NCBI GenBank assembly: GCA_020054095.1
Contig: JAGVMA010000068.1
Coordinates: 10,913-74,912, forward strand
Direction of reading: 5' to 3'
DNA from: Bacteroidia bacterium
GTDB taxonomy: Bacteria; Bacteroidota; Bacteroidia; JADZBD01
Length of the DNA: 64,000 nucleotides
The position numbers and the translations under genes are program-made. Within the stretch, counting starts at the first letter, position 1. Each line of letters begins with the position of its first letter. The notes beneath the pieces were generated by a model. That model had not been told where the DNA came from, did not search any database, and saw only the letters and a program-made list of their open reading frames with translations. Below, piece after piece: positions 40,489 to 50,948 of the stretch.

Positions 40489-43400
40489 ATGAAAACGAAA
40501 ATTATTTTTTTACACTTATTGCTGAGCTATGCATTAGCAATAAATTTTACTCAGGCTCAAATATCTCAAGTCAATTTTACAAACGGACTTAAGGCCTATT
40601 ATCCTATGAATAATAGCCAGTTTTGGGCGGCAGGTGTGGATTATAATTCGCATCCTGAATTTACAAGCGCCACATTTACCATTGATCGTTATGGCAATGC
40701 CACTAATGCGGGTAACTTTAATGCCGGAGACCAGCGATTAAATATTGGTAACAGGCTGATTGCCGCTCAATCGGGCAATTTTACAATCGAAACTTGGTTC
40801 AGAAGCAGTGTAACTTCCGCTACACAGGTATTGTTTTGGGAAGGTGTTGTAGGTGGGTTTAATGTTTGGCTTCGTTTAGAGCCCACTTCAAATCGTATTA
40901 GGGGATTGGCTGGTTCAACTACCAGTTTTGTGGATGTTGTTACTACAAATTCATACTGCGATGGTAATTGGCATCACATTGCTTTTTCTGTTTCTAATAC
41001 TGCAACAGCAAATATCTATATTGATGGTGCGCTTTCGGCAACAAATACCAATGCTTTTACTCCGGGTCAATCGGTTTCCACTTCTATATCAAGAGTTGGT
41101 ATTCGAGATGATTTAACACAAGATATGCAGGGGCAAATTGATGAAATGCGAGTGTGGCAAAGGGTACTATCATTATCTGAAATTATCGCAATTTACAATA
41201 TGCCACGGATAGCAATTCAAACTGTTACACCATCTACATTTTGTGCCGGAAGTTCTATTAGCATTCCTTTTACGGTAACATCCGGTAGTATGGCATCAGG
41301 AAATATTTTTTATGCTCAATTATCAGATGCAAGTGGTAGTTTTATTGCACCTACCATCATTGGCTCAATAACCTCCACAACTTCGGGTACTATTAATACT
41401 ACCATTCCTCAAAATGTAACCACCGGCACCGGATACAGAATAAGGGTATTGGCAAGCAGGTTTCCACTTGTTTCGGAAAACATAACCCAAGCGCTAACAA
41501 TTAATAACCCCAAATCATTTACAAATTACGACATACATTCAAACTTATTAGTCCATTTTAAAATGGATGGCAATACTGTAGCTACTGATTATTCTAATTG
41601 GGGTAATGATGGGCAGATATCTGGTAGTATGTTAAATGATACCGGCTTCAATACAACAGCACCTAATACAGCTTTAAATTTTAATAATAGCGGCAAAATT
41701 TATATGGGACGAGATTATCCTATAGAAATATTAAACGGTACAACATCTTCATTTAGCATATCTACATGGGTATATCAGCGCAGCACACCTTCTACCTGGA
41801 GTTATTTGTGGGCATCATGGGATCCTAATATTCCTAACGGAGCTTTTTTGGGAACTACCAATGCAGGTAATATTCGGTTTAGAATTAATAGTAATACATC
41901 GGTGCAAGCGCCATTACCAAACAATCAGTGGGTGCATGTGGTGGCCACTTATAATGGTGCTACGGGAAGAATATACATGAACGGAGTTCAAGTAGCTTCA
42001 GCAGCGTTAAGCGGCAGCATTACCTTGTCAAACCCACCACAAATGGGCTGGGATCCAATTGCGAATGCTGCTTTTTTTAATGGAAGTTTAGATGAATTTA
42101 GAATGTATGGCAGAGCTCTTACATTACAAGAAGCCGAAATGTTATACCGCGATGGAGCTTTATGTTCAAGCAATAGCCCTGTGTGTAACAATGGTGTATT
42201 AAACTTATATGGACCAACATATTCAACATTATTGTATAACTGGTCGGGTCCTAATGGTTACAGTTCTACATCGGAGGATCCAATAATCAATAATTTTAAT
42301 CCGTTTTCTCAAGGTGGGTACTACTATGTAAATTATACACTTAATGGTTGTGTATCTTCTGCAGATAGCACATTGGTTTTATCAGGAGTACCTGCCGCAT
42401 CAAGTGTTACACACGATACCATTTGTGTAGGACAAACAGCAACTGTAACTGCAAGTGGCGCCAGTATGGGGCAACAATATTATTGGTACAGTGATGCTGC
42501 CGGTACTAATTTGGTGGCTTTAAATGTGGCGTCCTATTCATATTCTCCGGTTGTAACGGATACTGTTTATGTTGCAATCTATAATGGCTCTAATTGTTTC
42601 AGTAATTTGGTACCGGTTTATATTACAGTAAATCCTTTGCCAACAGTAACCGCAAGTGCTAATCCATCAAATGCAACAGTTTGTTTAGGACAACAAATTA
42701 CGTTGAATGGTGCCGGTGCAACAACATATTCGTGGAGTGGTGGTGTAGTAAACAATGTTGCATTTTCGCCAACCGCTACAACTACTTACACTGTTTATGG
42801 CACTAATTCAAATGGCTGTAGCAATACAAATACAATAACAGTAACAGTAAATCCTTTGCCAACAGTAACCGCAAGTGCTAATCCCTCAAATGCAACAGTT
42901 TGTTTAGGGCAGCAGATTACGTTGAATGGTGCCGGTGCAACAACATATTCGTGGAGTGGAGGAGTAGTAAACAATGTGGCATTTTCACCAACTGCTACAA
43001 CTACTTACACCGTTTATGGAACCAACTCAAATGGTTGCAGTAATACAAGTACAATGTTGGTAACAGTAAACCCATTACCAACATTGCCAATAACTGCAAA
43101 CCCGTTAAACGCAAGTGTATGTATTGGTCAACAAGTTACTCTTACAGCAAGCGGTGCAACAACTTATTCGTGGAGTGGTGGAGTGGTAAACAATGTTGCG
43201 TTTTCACCAACTACTACAACTACTTACACTGTTTACGGTACTAATTCAAATGGCTGTAGCAATACAAATACAATAACAGTAACAGTAAATCAAATTCCAT
43301 CTGTGATAGCTAATGCAACTAACATTACTGTTTGCGAAGGAGCAAACCCCGGCTTATCAGCATCAGGGGCAAACACTTATTTGTGGATGCCCGGAAACTT

Positions 43401-44028
43401 AACAGGTTCTAATCCTATTGTAAATCCAACTACAACTACTACTTACACAGTAACCGGAACATCAAGTAGCGGTTGCACTAACACAAGCACGGTAACAATT
43501 AATGTAAATCCCTTACCAGCTGTAACATATAACGAAACACAAACATTGCTATGTGTTAGTTGGGCTCCAATAACACTAACTGCGGGTACACCTGCAAACG
43601 GAACTTACAGTGGCACAGCAGTAACAGGCAATACTTTTGACCCATCGGTTGCCGGTCAAGGAACTTTTAATATTACCTACTCATATACCGATATTAATGG
43701 TTGTACAAACACTGATGTATCGCAAATCACGGTTGATTTATGTACGTCAACCGGAAATACACCGGAAGGTAATAGTGATTTTATAATATTCCCAAATCCG
43801 GTTAACGGCATTATGTATTTTAATTTTGAATTAAAAAATAGTTCTACAGTTTCGCTAAAACTATATGACTCAGCAGGAAGGTTGGTTTTTGTTTTACTGG
43901 AAGACCAGTTACAGCAAGGCGCTCATCAGTATGGTTTTAACACAACTGAATTTTCATCCGGATTATATTTTTATACTTTAAAAATTAATGAAGAAACAAT
44001 CACAAAGAAAATTGTAATTGAAAATTAA
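40489..44028 (+). CDS. T9SS-secreted protein with two LamG/concanavalin-like domains and Ig-like repeats
   Basis: GL.AYY, FTIETW...WHHIA...IYIDG...GQIDEMRVW and FSISTW...WVHVV...IYMNG...GSLDEFRMY; GTGYRIRV; TTTYTV repeats; IFPNP...GLYFY CTD. Confidence 0.88.
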   Translation: MKTKIIFLHLLLSYALAINFTQAQISQVNFTNGLKAYYPMNNSQFWAAGVDYNSHPEFTSATFTIDRYGNATNAGNFNAGDQRLNIGNRLIAAQSGNFTIETWFRSSVTSATQVLFWEGVVGGFNVWLRLEPTSNRIRGLAGSTTSFVDVVTTNSYCDGNWHHIAFSVSNTATANIYIDGALSATNTNAFTPGQSVSTSISRVGIRDDLTQDMQGQIDEMRVWQRVLSLSEIIAIYNMPRIAIQTVTPSTFCAGSSISIPFTVTSGSMASGNIFYAQLSDASGSFIAPTIIGSITSTTSGTINTTIPQNVTTGTGYRIRVLASRFPLVSENITQALTINNPKSFTNYDIHSNLLVHFKMDGNTVATDYSNWGNDGQISGSMLNDTGFNTTAPNTALNFNNSGKIYMGRDYPIEILNGTTSSFSISTWVYQRSTPSTWSYLWASWDPNIPNGAFLGTTNAGNIRFRINSNTSVQAPLPNNQWVHVVATYNGATGRIYMNGVQVASAALSGSITLSNPPQMGWDPIANAAFFNGSLDEFRMYGRALTLQEAEMLYRDGALCSSNSPVCNNGVLNLYGPTYSTLLYNWSGPNGYSSTSEDPIINNFNPFSQGGYYYVNYTLNGCVSSADSTLVLSGVPAASSVTHDTICVGQTATVTASGASMGQQYYWYSDAAGTNLVALNVASYSYSPVVTDTVYVAIYNGSNCFSNLVPVYITVNPLPTVTASANPSNATVCLGQQITLNGAGATTYSWSGGVVNNVAFSPTATTTYTVYGTNSNGCSNTNTITVTVNPLPTVTASANPSNATVCLGQQITLNGAGATTYSWSGGVVNNVAFSPTATTTYTVYGTNSNGCSNTSTMLVTVNPLPTLPITANPLNASVCIGQQVTLTASGATTYSWSGGVVNNVAFSPTTTTTYTVYGTNSNGCSNTNTITVTVNQIPSVIANATNITVCEGANPGLSASGANTYLWMPGNLTGSNPIVNPTTTTTYTVTGTSSSGCTNTSTVTINVNPLPAVTYNETQTLLCVSWAPITLTAGTPANGTYSGTAVTGNTFDPSVAGQGTFNITYSYTDINGCTNTDVSQITVDLCTSTGNTPEGNSDFIIFPNPVNGIMYFNFELKNSSTVSLKLYDSAGRLVFVLLEDQLQQGAHQYGFNTTEFSSGLYFYTLKINEETITKKIVIEN
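42625..43281 (+). repeat. Intragenic 219-bp tandem repeat (3 close copies plus a degenerate fourth to about 43500)
   Basis: ACAGTAAA unit starts at 42625, 42844, 43063 and 43282; 73-aa unit TVNPLPT...YSWSGGVVNNVAFSPT...GCSNT. Confidence 0.92.
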
Positions 44029-44037
44029 ATTTTTTAC

Positions 44038-44074
44038 AAATAAAACTGCCACCTTTTGGGTGGCAGTTTTATTT
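44038..44074. terminator. Bidirectional intrinsic terminator
   Basis: AAATAAAACTGCCACC-TTTTG-GGTGGCAGTTTTATTT between convergent genes. Confidence 0.9.
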
Positions 44075-44091
44075 TGATTAGTTGTAATAAA

Positions 44092-46182
44092 TCAATAGCT
44101 TAAAATTTCGTCTATTGCTTTTGCAACCTTATCTGCATTAGGTAGCATTGCAGCTTCAAGTGTTGAGTTTAGTGGTATTGCAGGCATGTTCTCTGCACCA
44201 ATAAGTTTAACCGGTGCATCTAAATATTCAAAACATTTTTCTGATATCATGCCGGCAATGCCTTGTGCAAAACTTCCGCGCCAGCTTTCTTCGGTAAGCA
44301 CAATGCATCGGTTGTGTTTCTTTACCGATTCAAAAATAGTTTCTTCATCAATCGGGCTTAGTGTTCTTAAGTCAACAACTTCAATACGACCATTAAAATT
44401 TTTAGCTGCATTTTTTGCCCAGTAAACTCCCATGCCATAAGTAATTATGGTGAGCGAGGTTTGCTCTTTGCTTGTTTCGGCTGCCAAAGTAATTCTCGCT
44501 TTCCCGAAAGGAATAATATAATCCTCATCGGGCTCAATTGTTTTTGCTTCTTCGGTGCCTTTTATCTTGCTCCAGTATAATCCTTTGTGTTCGAGCATCA
44601 CCACCGGATTAGGATCATAATAGGCAGCTTTCATCAGCCCTTTTAAATCGGCACCGGTGCTTGGGTAAGCTACTTTTATACCTTTTATATTCGCAACAAT
44701 TGTTTCCACGCTCGATGAGTGATAGGGACCACCGCTGCCATAAGCGCCAATAGGAACACGCAATATCATACTCACCGGCCACTTGCCGTTAGTCAAATAA
44801 CACGAGCGACTAACTTCAGTAAACAATTGATTTAAGCCCGGCCAGATATAATCTGCAAATTGAACTTCTACAATTGGTTTTAAACCCACTGCGCTCATAC
44901 CAACTGTGGAGCCAATAATAAATGCTTCTTGAATTGGAGTATTAAAAACACGTTCAGTGCCAAACTGCTGGGCAAGTGTTGCAGCTTCTCTAAAAACTCC
45001 GCCTAAGCGCAACCCTACATCTTGTCCATAAAGCAAACATTCTTTGTGTTTAGCCATTAATTCGCGAATGGCGAAAAGTGCAGAGTCAACCATAACGGTT
45101 GGTTGCTTACCTTTTGGGGAGCGCTCACCTTTTTCTTCGGTTATAGGCGTGGGAGCAAAGTCGTGTGAAAATAAATCTTCGGGTTTTGGGTCTTCGGCTT
45201 TAAGTGCTTGTTCGTATTCTTCGGCTACTTTTTTTATTGCCGATGCCTCGATATTTTTTAATTCTTTCTCATCAAAACCTGCAGCAATTAATTGTAATCG
45301 CAATTTCGGAAACGGGTCGCGCTTGGCGACTTCTTCCAAATCATCGCGATACCACTCTTTGCGAACGCCCGATGTATGATGGTTTAGTAGAGGAACTTTA
45401 GCGTGAATTAAAAACGGCCTACGTTCTTTTCGCATGAGCGCAATCACTTCTTCAATTGTTTGATACGAGCGAGTAAAATCGGTGCCATCAATTGTTCTAA
45501 CTTCTAATCCTTTAAATCCTTTTGCATATTCAGTTGCATCCTGCACACGTATTTCTTTTGCATTTGCAGATATATCCCATTCGTTATCTTGAATAAAATA
45601 AAGAATTGGTAATTTTTTTAGCACTGCCATTTGAAATGCCTCAGCCACTTCGCCTTCTGTAATTGAAGCATCGCCAAGCGAACAAACGGCAATAGCTTTT
45701 TCTGGATTTTTTAAATCATCCAAGCCCACTTCTTCGCGGTATTTTATGCCCATTGCAATGCCTGTTGTGGGAATTGCCTGCATACCTGTAGCCGAAGACT
45801 GGTGCGGAATTTTTGGCATATCATCTCTGCGTAAACTTGGGTGTGCATAATAAGTTCGTCCGCCCGAAAACGGATCATCGCGCTTACCAAGCAATTGCAG
45901 CATCAGTTCATAAGGCTTTACGCCTATGCCTAATAAAATACTGTCATCGCGATAATAGGCAGATAAATAATCTTGCTTTTTTAGCTGAAGTCCCAATGCT
46001 AATTGAACGGCCTCATGTCCGCGCGATGTTGCGTGAACATATTTTGCCGTAATTTCTTTATTGGCTTCGTATAATTCTGTTAATGCTTTAGCAGTGCAAA
46101 TTAACTCCCATGCTCTCAGTAAAACAGTTTCAGGTAAAGGAGAATTTATTTTCTGTTTTTTTTCCATCGTTGATTGCTCCAT
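44092..46182 (-). CDS. 2-oxoacid (probably branched-chain) dehydrogenase E1, fused alpha/beta
   Basis: GHEA, YYRD, GDASITEG...QDN TPP motif, HHTSG, GQDVG...GGVFR, NTPIQE, EVQFADY, GPYHS, VDLRTL.P. Confidence 0.92.
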   Translation of the reverse strand: MEQSTMEKKQKINSPLPETVLLRAWELICTAKALTELYEANKEITAKYVHATSRGHEAVQLALGLQLKKQDYLSAYYRDDSILLGIGVKPYELMLQLLGKRDDPFSGGRTYYAHPSLRRDDMPKIPHQSSATGMQAIPTTGIAMGIKYREEVGLDDLKNPEKAIAVCSLGDASITEGEVAEAFQMAVLKKLPILYFIQDNEWDISANAKEIRVQDATEYAKGFKGLEVRTIDGTDFTRSYQTIEEVIALMRKERRPFLIHAKVPLLNHHTSGVRKEWYRDDLEEVAKRDPFPKLRLQLIAAGFDEKELKNIEASAIKKVAEEYEQALKAEDPKPEDLFSHDFAPTPITEEKGERSPKGKQPTVMVDSALFAIRELMAKHKECLLYGQDVGLRLGGVFREAATLAQQFGTERVFNTPIQEAFIIGSTVGMSAVGLKPIVEVQFADYIWPGLNQLFTEVSRSCYLTNGKWPVSMILRVPIGAYGSGGPYHSSSVETIVANIKGIKVAYPSTGADLKGLMKAAYYDPNPVVMLEHKGLYWSKIKGTEEAKTIEPDEDYIIPFGKARITLAAETSKEQTSLTIITYGMGVYWAKNAAKNFNGRIEVVDLRTLSPIDEETIFESVKKHNRCIVLTEESWRGSFAQGIAGMISEKCFEYLDAPVKLIGAENMPAIPLNSTLEAAMLPNADKVAKAIDEILSY

Positions 46183-46303
46183 ATTTTAGGTGTTCAAAAA
46201 TAGCAAGGTTAAATATAAACTTTATTATTTTATTTTCTACAAAATCAGCTCTTTTGGGGGTATGTGTGGGGCTCAACAAATAAGCTACCTTCGCCCACTA
46301 TTT

Positions 46304-47614
46304 ATGATAAGCAAAGTATTAGCTAATTTAAAGATTGCTGCATTAAGCCCAATGCAAAATGCTGCAATTGCAGCATCCGAAAATTCGGATGATATGTTGT
46401 TGTTATCTCCAACAGGTTCGGGAAAAACATTGGCTTTTTTAATACTTGTTTTAAAGCGTTTGAATAAAACAAAGCAAGGTGTGCAGGCGTTGGTTTTAGT
46501 TCCTTCGCGCGAATTGGGATTGCAAATTGAGCAAGTATTTAAACAAATGTGCACAGGCTTCAAAGTAAATTGTTGTTATGGCGGACATGCAACTCGGGTA
46601 GAAAAAAGAAATTTAGAGCATCCTCCTGCCCTTTTGGTGGGTACTCCCGGCCGCATTGCTTATCACATTCGCAACCAAAATATTAATACTAATTCAATAT
46701 GCACGCTGGTTTTAGACGAGTTTGATAAATCATTAGAATTTGGTTTTCACGATGAAATGAAATTTATTATTTCTGACTTGAGGCATTTGAACAAGCGCAT
46801 TCTTACATCAGCAACTGTAATGGAAGATATTCCTGATTTTACGGGTGTAAAAAATTTGCAGGTGCTTAATTTTTTGAGCAACGATAATGCACCACCTATC
46901 GGATTAAAACTGAAAACTGTAAAAGCGGAAGGGAAAGATAAAATTGGTGCTTTGTTTTCACTACTTTGTACAATTAATAGTAACGCCACACTTGTTTTTT
47001 GTAATCATCGCGATGCGGTAGAACGCATTAGCGATTTACTTTTTGATAAAAATATTTTGCACGGTATTTTTCATGGCGGGATGGAGCAGGAAGACAGAGA
47101 GCGTACGTTAATAAAATTCAGAAACGGAAGCCACCGTATTTTAGTTTGTACTGATTTAGCATCGCGCGGTTTAGATATTCCTGAAATTGAAACAATTGTG
47201 CATTACCAATTACCCGTTACCGAAGAAGTTTTTACCCACCGTAACGGCCGCACTGCTCGTATGCACGCAAAAGGAATTGCTTATTTAATTTTGGGTGAAA
47301 ATGAATACGTGCCTGATTTTGTTAAAGATGAACCTGAAGAAGAAGTTTTGTATAGCGATGTATCACTACCAGCGCCATCAAAATGGAAAACACTTTACTT
47401 TGCCGCAGGCAGAAAAAATAAAATAAATAAAATTGACATTGTGGGCTTGTTATTGCAGAAAGGAAATTTGCAAAAAGAGGAATTAGGTTTAATTGAGGTG
47501 CTAGATTTTAGTGCTTACGCTGCTGTAAAAGCCGATAAGATTAATAAGGTGGTAGCTATTATGCGAAACGAAAAAATAAAAAATAAAAAAATTAAAATTG
47601 AAATTTCGGAGTAG
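46304..47614 (+). CDS. dbpA: DEAD-box RNA helicase, DbpA-like
   Basis: SPTGSGKT, PSREL, GTPGR, DEFD, SAT, HGGM.Q, RGLDI, HRNGRTAR; C-terminal G.K.KI.K.DIVG DbpA RNA-binding domain. Start moved to MISK, after TACCTTCG at 46286-46293. Confidence 0.85.
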   Translation: MISKVLANLKIAALSPMQNAAIAASENSDDMLLLSPTGSGKTLAFLILVLKRLNKTKQGVQALVLVPSRELGLQIEQVFKQMCTGFKVNCCYGGHATRVEKRNLEHPPALLVGTPGRIAYHIRNQNINTNSICTLVLDEFDKSLEFGFHDEMKFIISDLRHLNKRILTSATVMEDIPDFTGVKNLQVLNFLSNDNAPPIGLKLKTVKAEGKDKIGALFSLLCTINSNATLVFCNHRDAVERISDLLFDKNILHGIFHGGMEQEDRERTLIKFRNGSHRILVCTDLASRGLDIPEIETIVHYQLPVTEEVFTHRNGRTARMHAKGIAYLILGENEYVPDFVKDEPEEEVLYSDVSLPAPSKWKTLYFAAGRKNKINKIDIVGLLLQKGNLQKEELGLIEVLDFSAYAAVKADKINKVVAIMRNEKIKNKKIKIEISE

Positions 47615-47920
47615 TTATTTTTTTAGTACTCTGTCTAAATAAAATGTTCCGAAAGGAATGACTGAAAGTAAAAATCCTAAAAACACTTTTTTTATTTTCC
47701 AATTGAAATATTCTTTTGCATAATAAAGTACAACAAAAAATAATAAAAATAAAACACCATGTATTATGCCAATGTAGCGAACCGGTTCAGGTATATTCCA
47801 TAAATACTTTAGTGGCATGCAAATGAATACTAAAAGCAAAAAAGATATTCCCTCAATAAATCCAAGTTTTAATAGCAAGTTTAGCACGTTGTTATTTTTA
47901 GCTTCCATTTTAATCTTCAA
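47615..47920 (-). CDS. DUF3817 membrane protein
   Basis: EGISFL.L.FI.MPLKY, G..HG.LF, IPFGTF. Confidence 0.85.
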   Translation of the reverse strand: MKIKMEAKNNNVLNLLLKLGFIEGISFLLLVFICMPLKYLWNIPEPVRYIGIIHGVLFLLFFVVLYYAKEYFNWKIKKVFLGFLLSVIPFGTFYLDRVLKK

Positions 47921-48650
47921 TCGTTTTTAGGTAAGATGCCTCTTCAGTTTTAATTGATGTGGCAACAAGTTCATTTATTTCGCTAATCTCTGTTTCGGTT
48001 AAGTAACGCCATTCCCCGGTTCTTATTCCATCCAGTTTTATATTCATAATGCGTGTGCGTTTTAATTTTATCACATTGTAGCCAAGCGCTTCGCACATTC
48101 TGCGTATTTGGCGGTTCAGCCCTTGTGTTAAAATTATTTTAAACCGATTTGGCGCTTGCTGCTCTACTACACATTTTTTGGTTACTGTATCCAGTATGTT
48201 TACGCCATTGCCCATTTTAAATACAAAATTATTGTCAATTGTTTTGTCAACGGTAACGATATATTCTTTCTCGTGGTTATTACCTGCACGTAAAATTTTA
48301 TTTACAATGTCGCCATCATTGGTCAAAAAAATTAAACCTTCTGATGGCTTATCTAACCTGCCTATTGGGAAAATTCTTTTCGGGTGATTAATACATTCAA
48401 TAATGTTATCGCAGTCTTTTAAGTCAGTAGTACTGGTTACGCCAATGGGTTTATTAAAGGCAATATAAATTGATTTTTGTTTTTCCTTAAGTAGCTTGCC
48501 GTTAATTCTTATTTCATCGTTATCAGTAACTTTTGTTCCAAGTTCCGGAAATTTTCCGTTCACTGTTACACGTTTTTGTTCAATAAGTTTATCGGCCTCA
48601 CGCCTCGAGCAAATGCCTGTAGAGCTGATGTATTTATTAAGTCGTTCCAA
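47910..48650 (-). CDS. rluF: 23S rRNA pseudouridine synthase RluF
   Basis: RLNKYIS..G.CSRREAD S4 domain, [32 protein letters not shown]. Confidence 0.92.
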   Translation of the reverse strand: MERLNKYISSTGICSRREADKLIEQKRVTVNGKFPELGTKVTDNDEIRINGKLLKEKQKSIYIAFNKPIGVTSTTDLKDCDNIIECINHPKRIFPIGRLDKPSEGLIFLTNDGDIVNKILRAGNNHEKEYIVTVDKTIDNNFVFKMGNGVNILDTVTKKCVVEQQAPNRFKIILTQGLNRQIRRMCEALGYNVIKLKRTRIMNIKLDGIRTGEWRYLTETEISEINELVATSIKTEEASYLKTIED

Positions 48651-48665
48651 ATAAATTTAGCTTTC

Positions 48666-49421
48666 TTATTTTGTTTTGAAAGAGCTAATGGCATTAACTG
48701 TGAAATCGGATAGTACCAACTTACCGCTCACAGCCGCTCGTTCAATGAGGAGTGTTTCCCAATTTTCAGTGCCTTGCCACATTATTTTTTTCAGCATCAT
48801 CATCGCTTCGGGGTTAGATTTGCTGAGCCTGGTTGCCAATGTTGTGATGGCATTATCTAAATCAGAAACTGAGCTGTGTACTTCGGCATACATTCCTTTT
48901 TCTTTTGCCCAGTCAGCAGTTTGCCATTCGGTGGCATTTATAGTTAGCTGGCAAAATGCCGATGTTCCTACTTTTCTTTCAACTGCCGGCCCTACTACAA
49001 ACGGGCCAATGCCCACAGCAAGCTCTGATAATTTTACCGATGCGCTGTCAACAGCAAAAGTATAGTCTGCCGCACAGGCAATGCCCACACCGCCACCCAC
49101 AGTTTTGCCTTGCACCCGGGCAATAATAAATTTAGGTGCATTCCGCATTGCGTTTATCACCATAGCAAAGCCGCTGAAAAATGTTTTACCGGTTTCAAAA
49201 TCTTTGATAGAAATTAATTCATCGAATGATGCACCCGCACAAAATGCTTTTTCGCCTTCGCTTTTAAGTATAATTACTTTTACTTCATTGTCCTTTCCGG
49301 CTGCTTCTATTTCTTTTGCAAGTGTACGAAGCAGTATACCCGGCATGCTATTGCTTTGTGGGTGAAAGAATGTAATGGTTCCTATGCCATCTTTTTTCTC
49401 GGTTTTTACAAATCCTTCCAT
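48666..49421 (-). CDS. Enoyl-CoA hydratase/isomerase (methylglutaconyl-CoA hydratase-like)
   Basis: AFCAGA, V.GK.VGGGVG...AAD, LSELAVGIGP. Confidence 0.9.
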   Translation of the reverse strand: MEGFVKTEKKDGIGTITFFHPQSNSMPGILLRTLAKEIEAAGKDNEVKVIILKSEGEKAFCAGASFDELISIKDFETGKTFFSGFAMVINAMRNAPKFIIARVQGKTVGGGVGIACAADYTFAVDSASVKLSELAVGIGPFVVGPAVERKVGTSAFCQLTINATEWQTADWAKEKGMYAEVHSSVSDLDNAITTLATRLSKSNPEAMMMLKKIMWQGTENWETLLIERAAVSGKLVLSDFTVNAISSFKTK

Positions 49422-49422
49422 A

Positions 49423-50889
49423 TTATTTTATTAAATCTTTTAATTTTCGTTGTATGTATTTTTCTGATGTGAGCAAGCTGGTTTGTATTCTTCTGGCATA
49501 TTTTATACTGTCAATTATCTCTTTTTGCTTTTCTTCTACTATTGTTTTTTGTATATTAATTAAATCTTTTTGTTTACGAGTAATTTTAAATCTATTAAAC
49601 ATGAAGATAGCAAAAATGGTGGCGATTATTAAACCTCCATAAAGAGAAAATTTTACAATTTTTTCTTGTTGTAATTTTACTTCAATAATTTTTTTTTCCT
49701 CCATTGCTCTCACACTGTCTGCTGCTGCCTTTTTTTCATATTCATGTTTTAATCCTACTCGTATTCCTGCTTTCTTGTTTTTTTCACTATTCATACTGTC
49801 TCTCGTAGTTATGTATGTTTCATACATTTGCAGTGCCTTATCACTTTTATTAGTTGCTTTATAAATCTTGTAAAGGAGCAACGAGGAGTTTTTTATCAAA
49901 TCGGGAAAACCGGTTTCTAAAGCAACTTTCTGCCCTCTTAAAGTGTATTTTAGCGACACATCGTATCTCCTCTGAGAAAAGTATACTTCTCCAATTTTTA
50001 CATTTGAATTTGAATAAACATCAACTTGATTATGTTTGTCAGCATACTTCACAGCTTCAAAAAAGTAGTACAATGCACTATCATGATTTCCTTTATGAAA
50101 AAAGGCTGTGCCTATGTTCTCGAGAGTAGGGCAAAGGTTATCTACGGCATTTACCCTTTTATATGTAATAATGCAACTGCGAAGTAAATTAATAGCAGTG
50201 TCATATTCTTTTTGCTCTGTTTTTAAAACAGCGATATTATTAATAATCGCTGAAGCCTCTACATCTAAACCGAGATTCTTAAAAATGGCCAACCCTTTTT
50301 CCATGTAAGCGATGCTGTTAGCAGTGTCGCCTTGCATACCAATGAGATGAGCTATGTTTTGATACGAAATTGCCTCTCCATATCTGTTGCCGACTTCCTG
50401 CTGTATTTTCAAACTGTTACTCATCAATTCGATCCCTTTTGTATAGTCGCCTTTTCTTGAGTATTGAAAACCAATGTTATTTAAGGTTTTAGCCATTCCT
50501 ACTTTATCAGATATTTCTTTATATATACTAAATGCTTCGCTATTTAACTTTATTGATGTTTCTGTAATTCCTCGATTACTCTCAATACTTGCAAAATTAG
50601 TGAGCGTATATGCAAGGTAATATTTGTATATTTTCTTTAGATATTCCGATTGATTTATAGTTAAATTTTTTTTTGCTACCGTATTTAGCCTTTGGTTGTA
50701 AATGGGCCAAATACTATCGTTAAGTTCTTCTTCCGTTAACAAATATAAAATCCGGCATAGACTTGTGTCGTTCTTAGCTCTTTGTAACTCATTTTTTAAT
50801 GAGTCGAGGTTAATTGCTTGTGCAATAGAAGTTACATTTATACTGCTGAGTAAAAAGAGTAGAAAAATGTATGATTTATATTTTGTCAA
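49423..50889 (-). CDS. Periplasmic TPR membrane sensor ending at the PP2C/SpoIIE linker (no catalytic output domain)
   Basis: TTG start, signal peptide, IDSL-like NLDSLK, MalT-type TPRs (LNNIG, YQNIA, LENIG), one TM helix, coiled coil, EIIDSIKYARRIQTSLL, stop 15 aa later. Confidence 0.8.
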   Translation of the reverse strand: MTKYKSYIFLLFLLSSINVTSIAQAINLDSLKNELQRAKNDTSLCRILYLLTEEELNDSIWPIYNQRLNTVAKKNLTINQSEYLKKIYKYYLAYTLTNFASIESNRGITETSIKLNSEAFSIYKEISDKVGMAKTLNNIGFQYSRKGDYTKGIELMSNSLKIQQEVGNRYGEAISYQNIAHLIGMQGDTANSIAYMEKGLAIFKNLGLDVEASAIINNIAVLKTEQKEYDTAINLLRSCIITYKRVNAVDNLCPTLENIGTAFFHKGNHDSALYYFFEAVKYADKHNQVDVYSNSNVKIGEVYFSQRRYDVSLKYTLRGQKVALETGFPDLIKNSSLLLYKIYKATNKSDKALQMYETYITTRDSMNSEKNKKAGIRVGLKHEYEKKAAADSVRAMEEKKIIEVKLQQEKIVKFSLYGGLIIATIFAIFMFNRFKITRKQKDLINIQKTIVEEKQKEIIDSIKYARRIQTSLLTSEKYIQRKLKDLIK

Positions 50890-50948
50890 TCGTGAGTTTT
50901 TTTTATTGCGTAAATTTATCTTTTATTTCATAATAGTATGTCAGTTTT

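Noticed and set aside
42625..43500. CRISPR or DGR template/variable repeat pair
   Set aside because: In-frame coding tandem repeats. Differences are mostly synonymous and not adenine-specific, and no reverse transcriptase is present.
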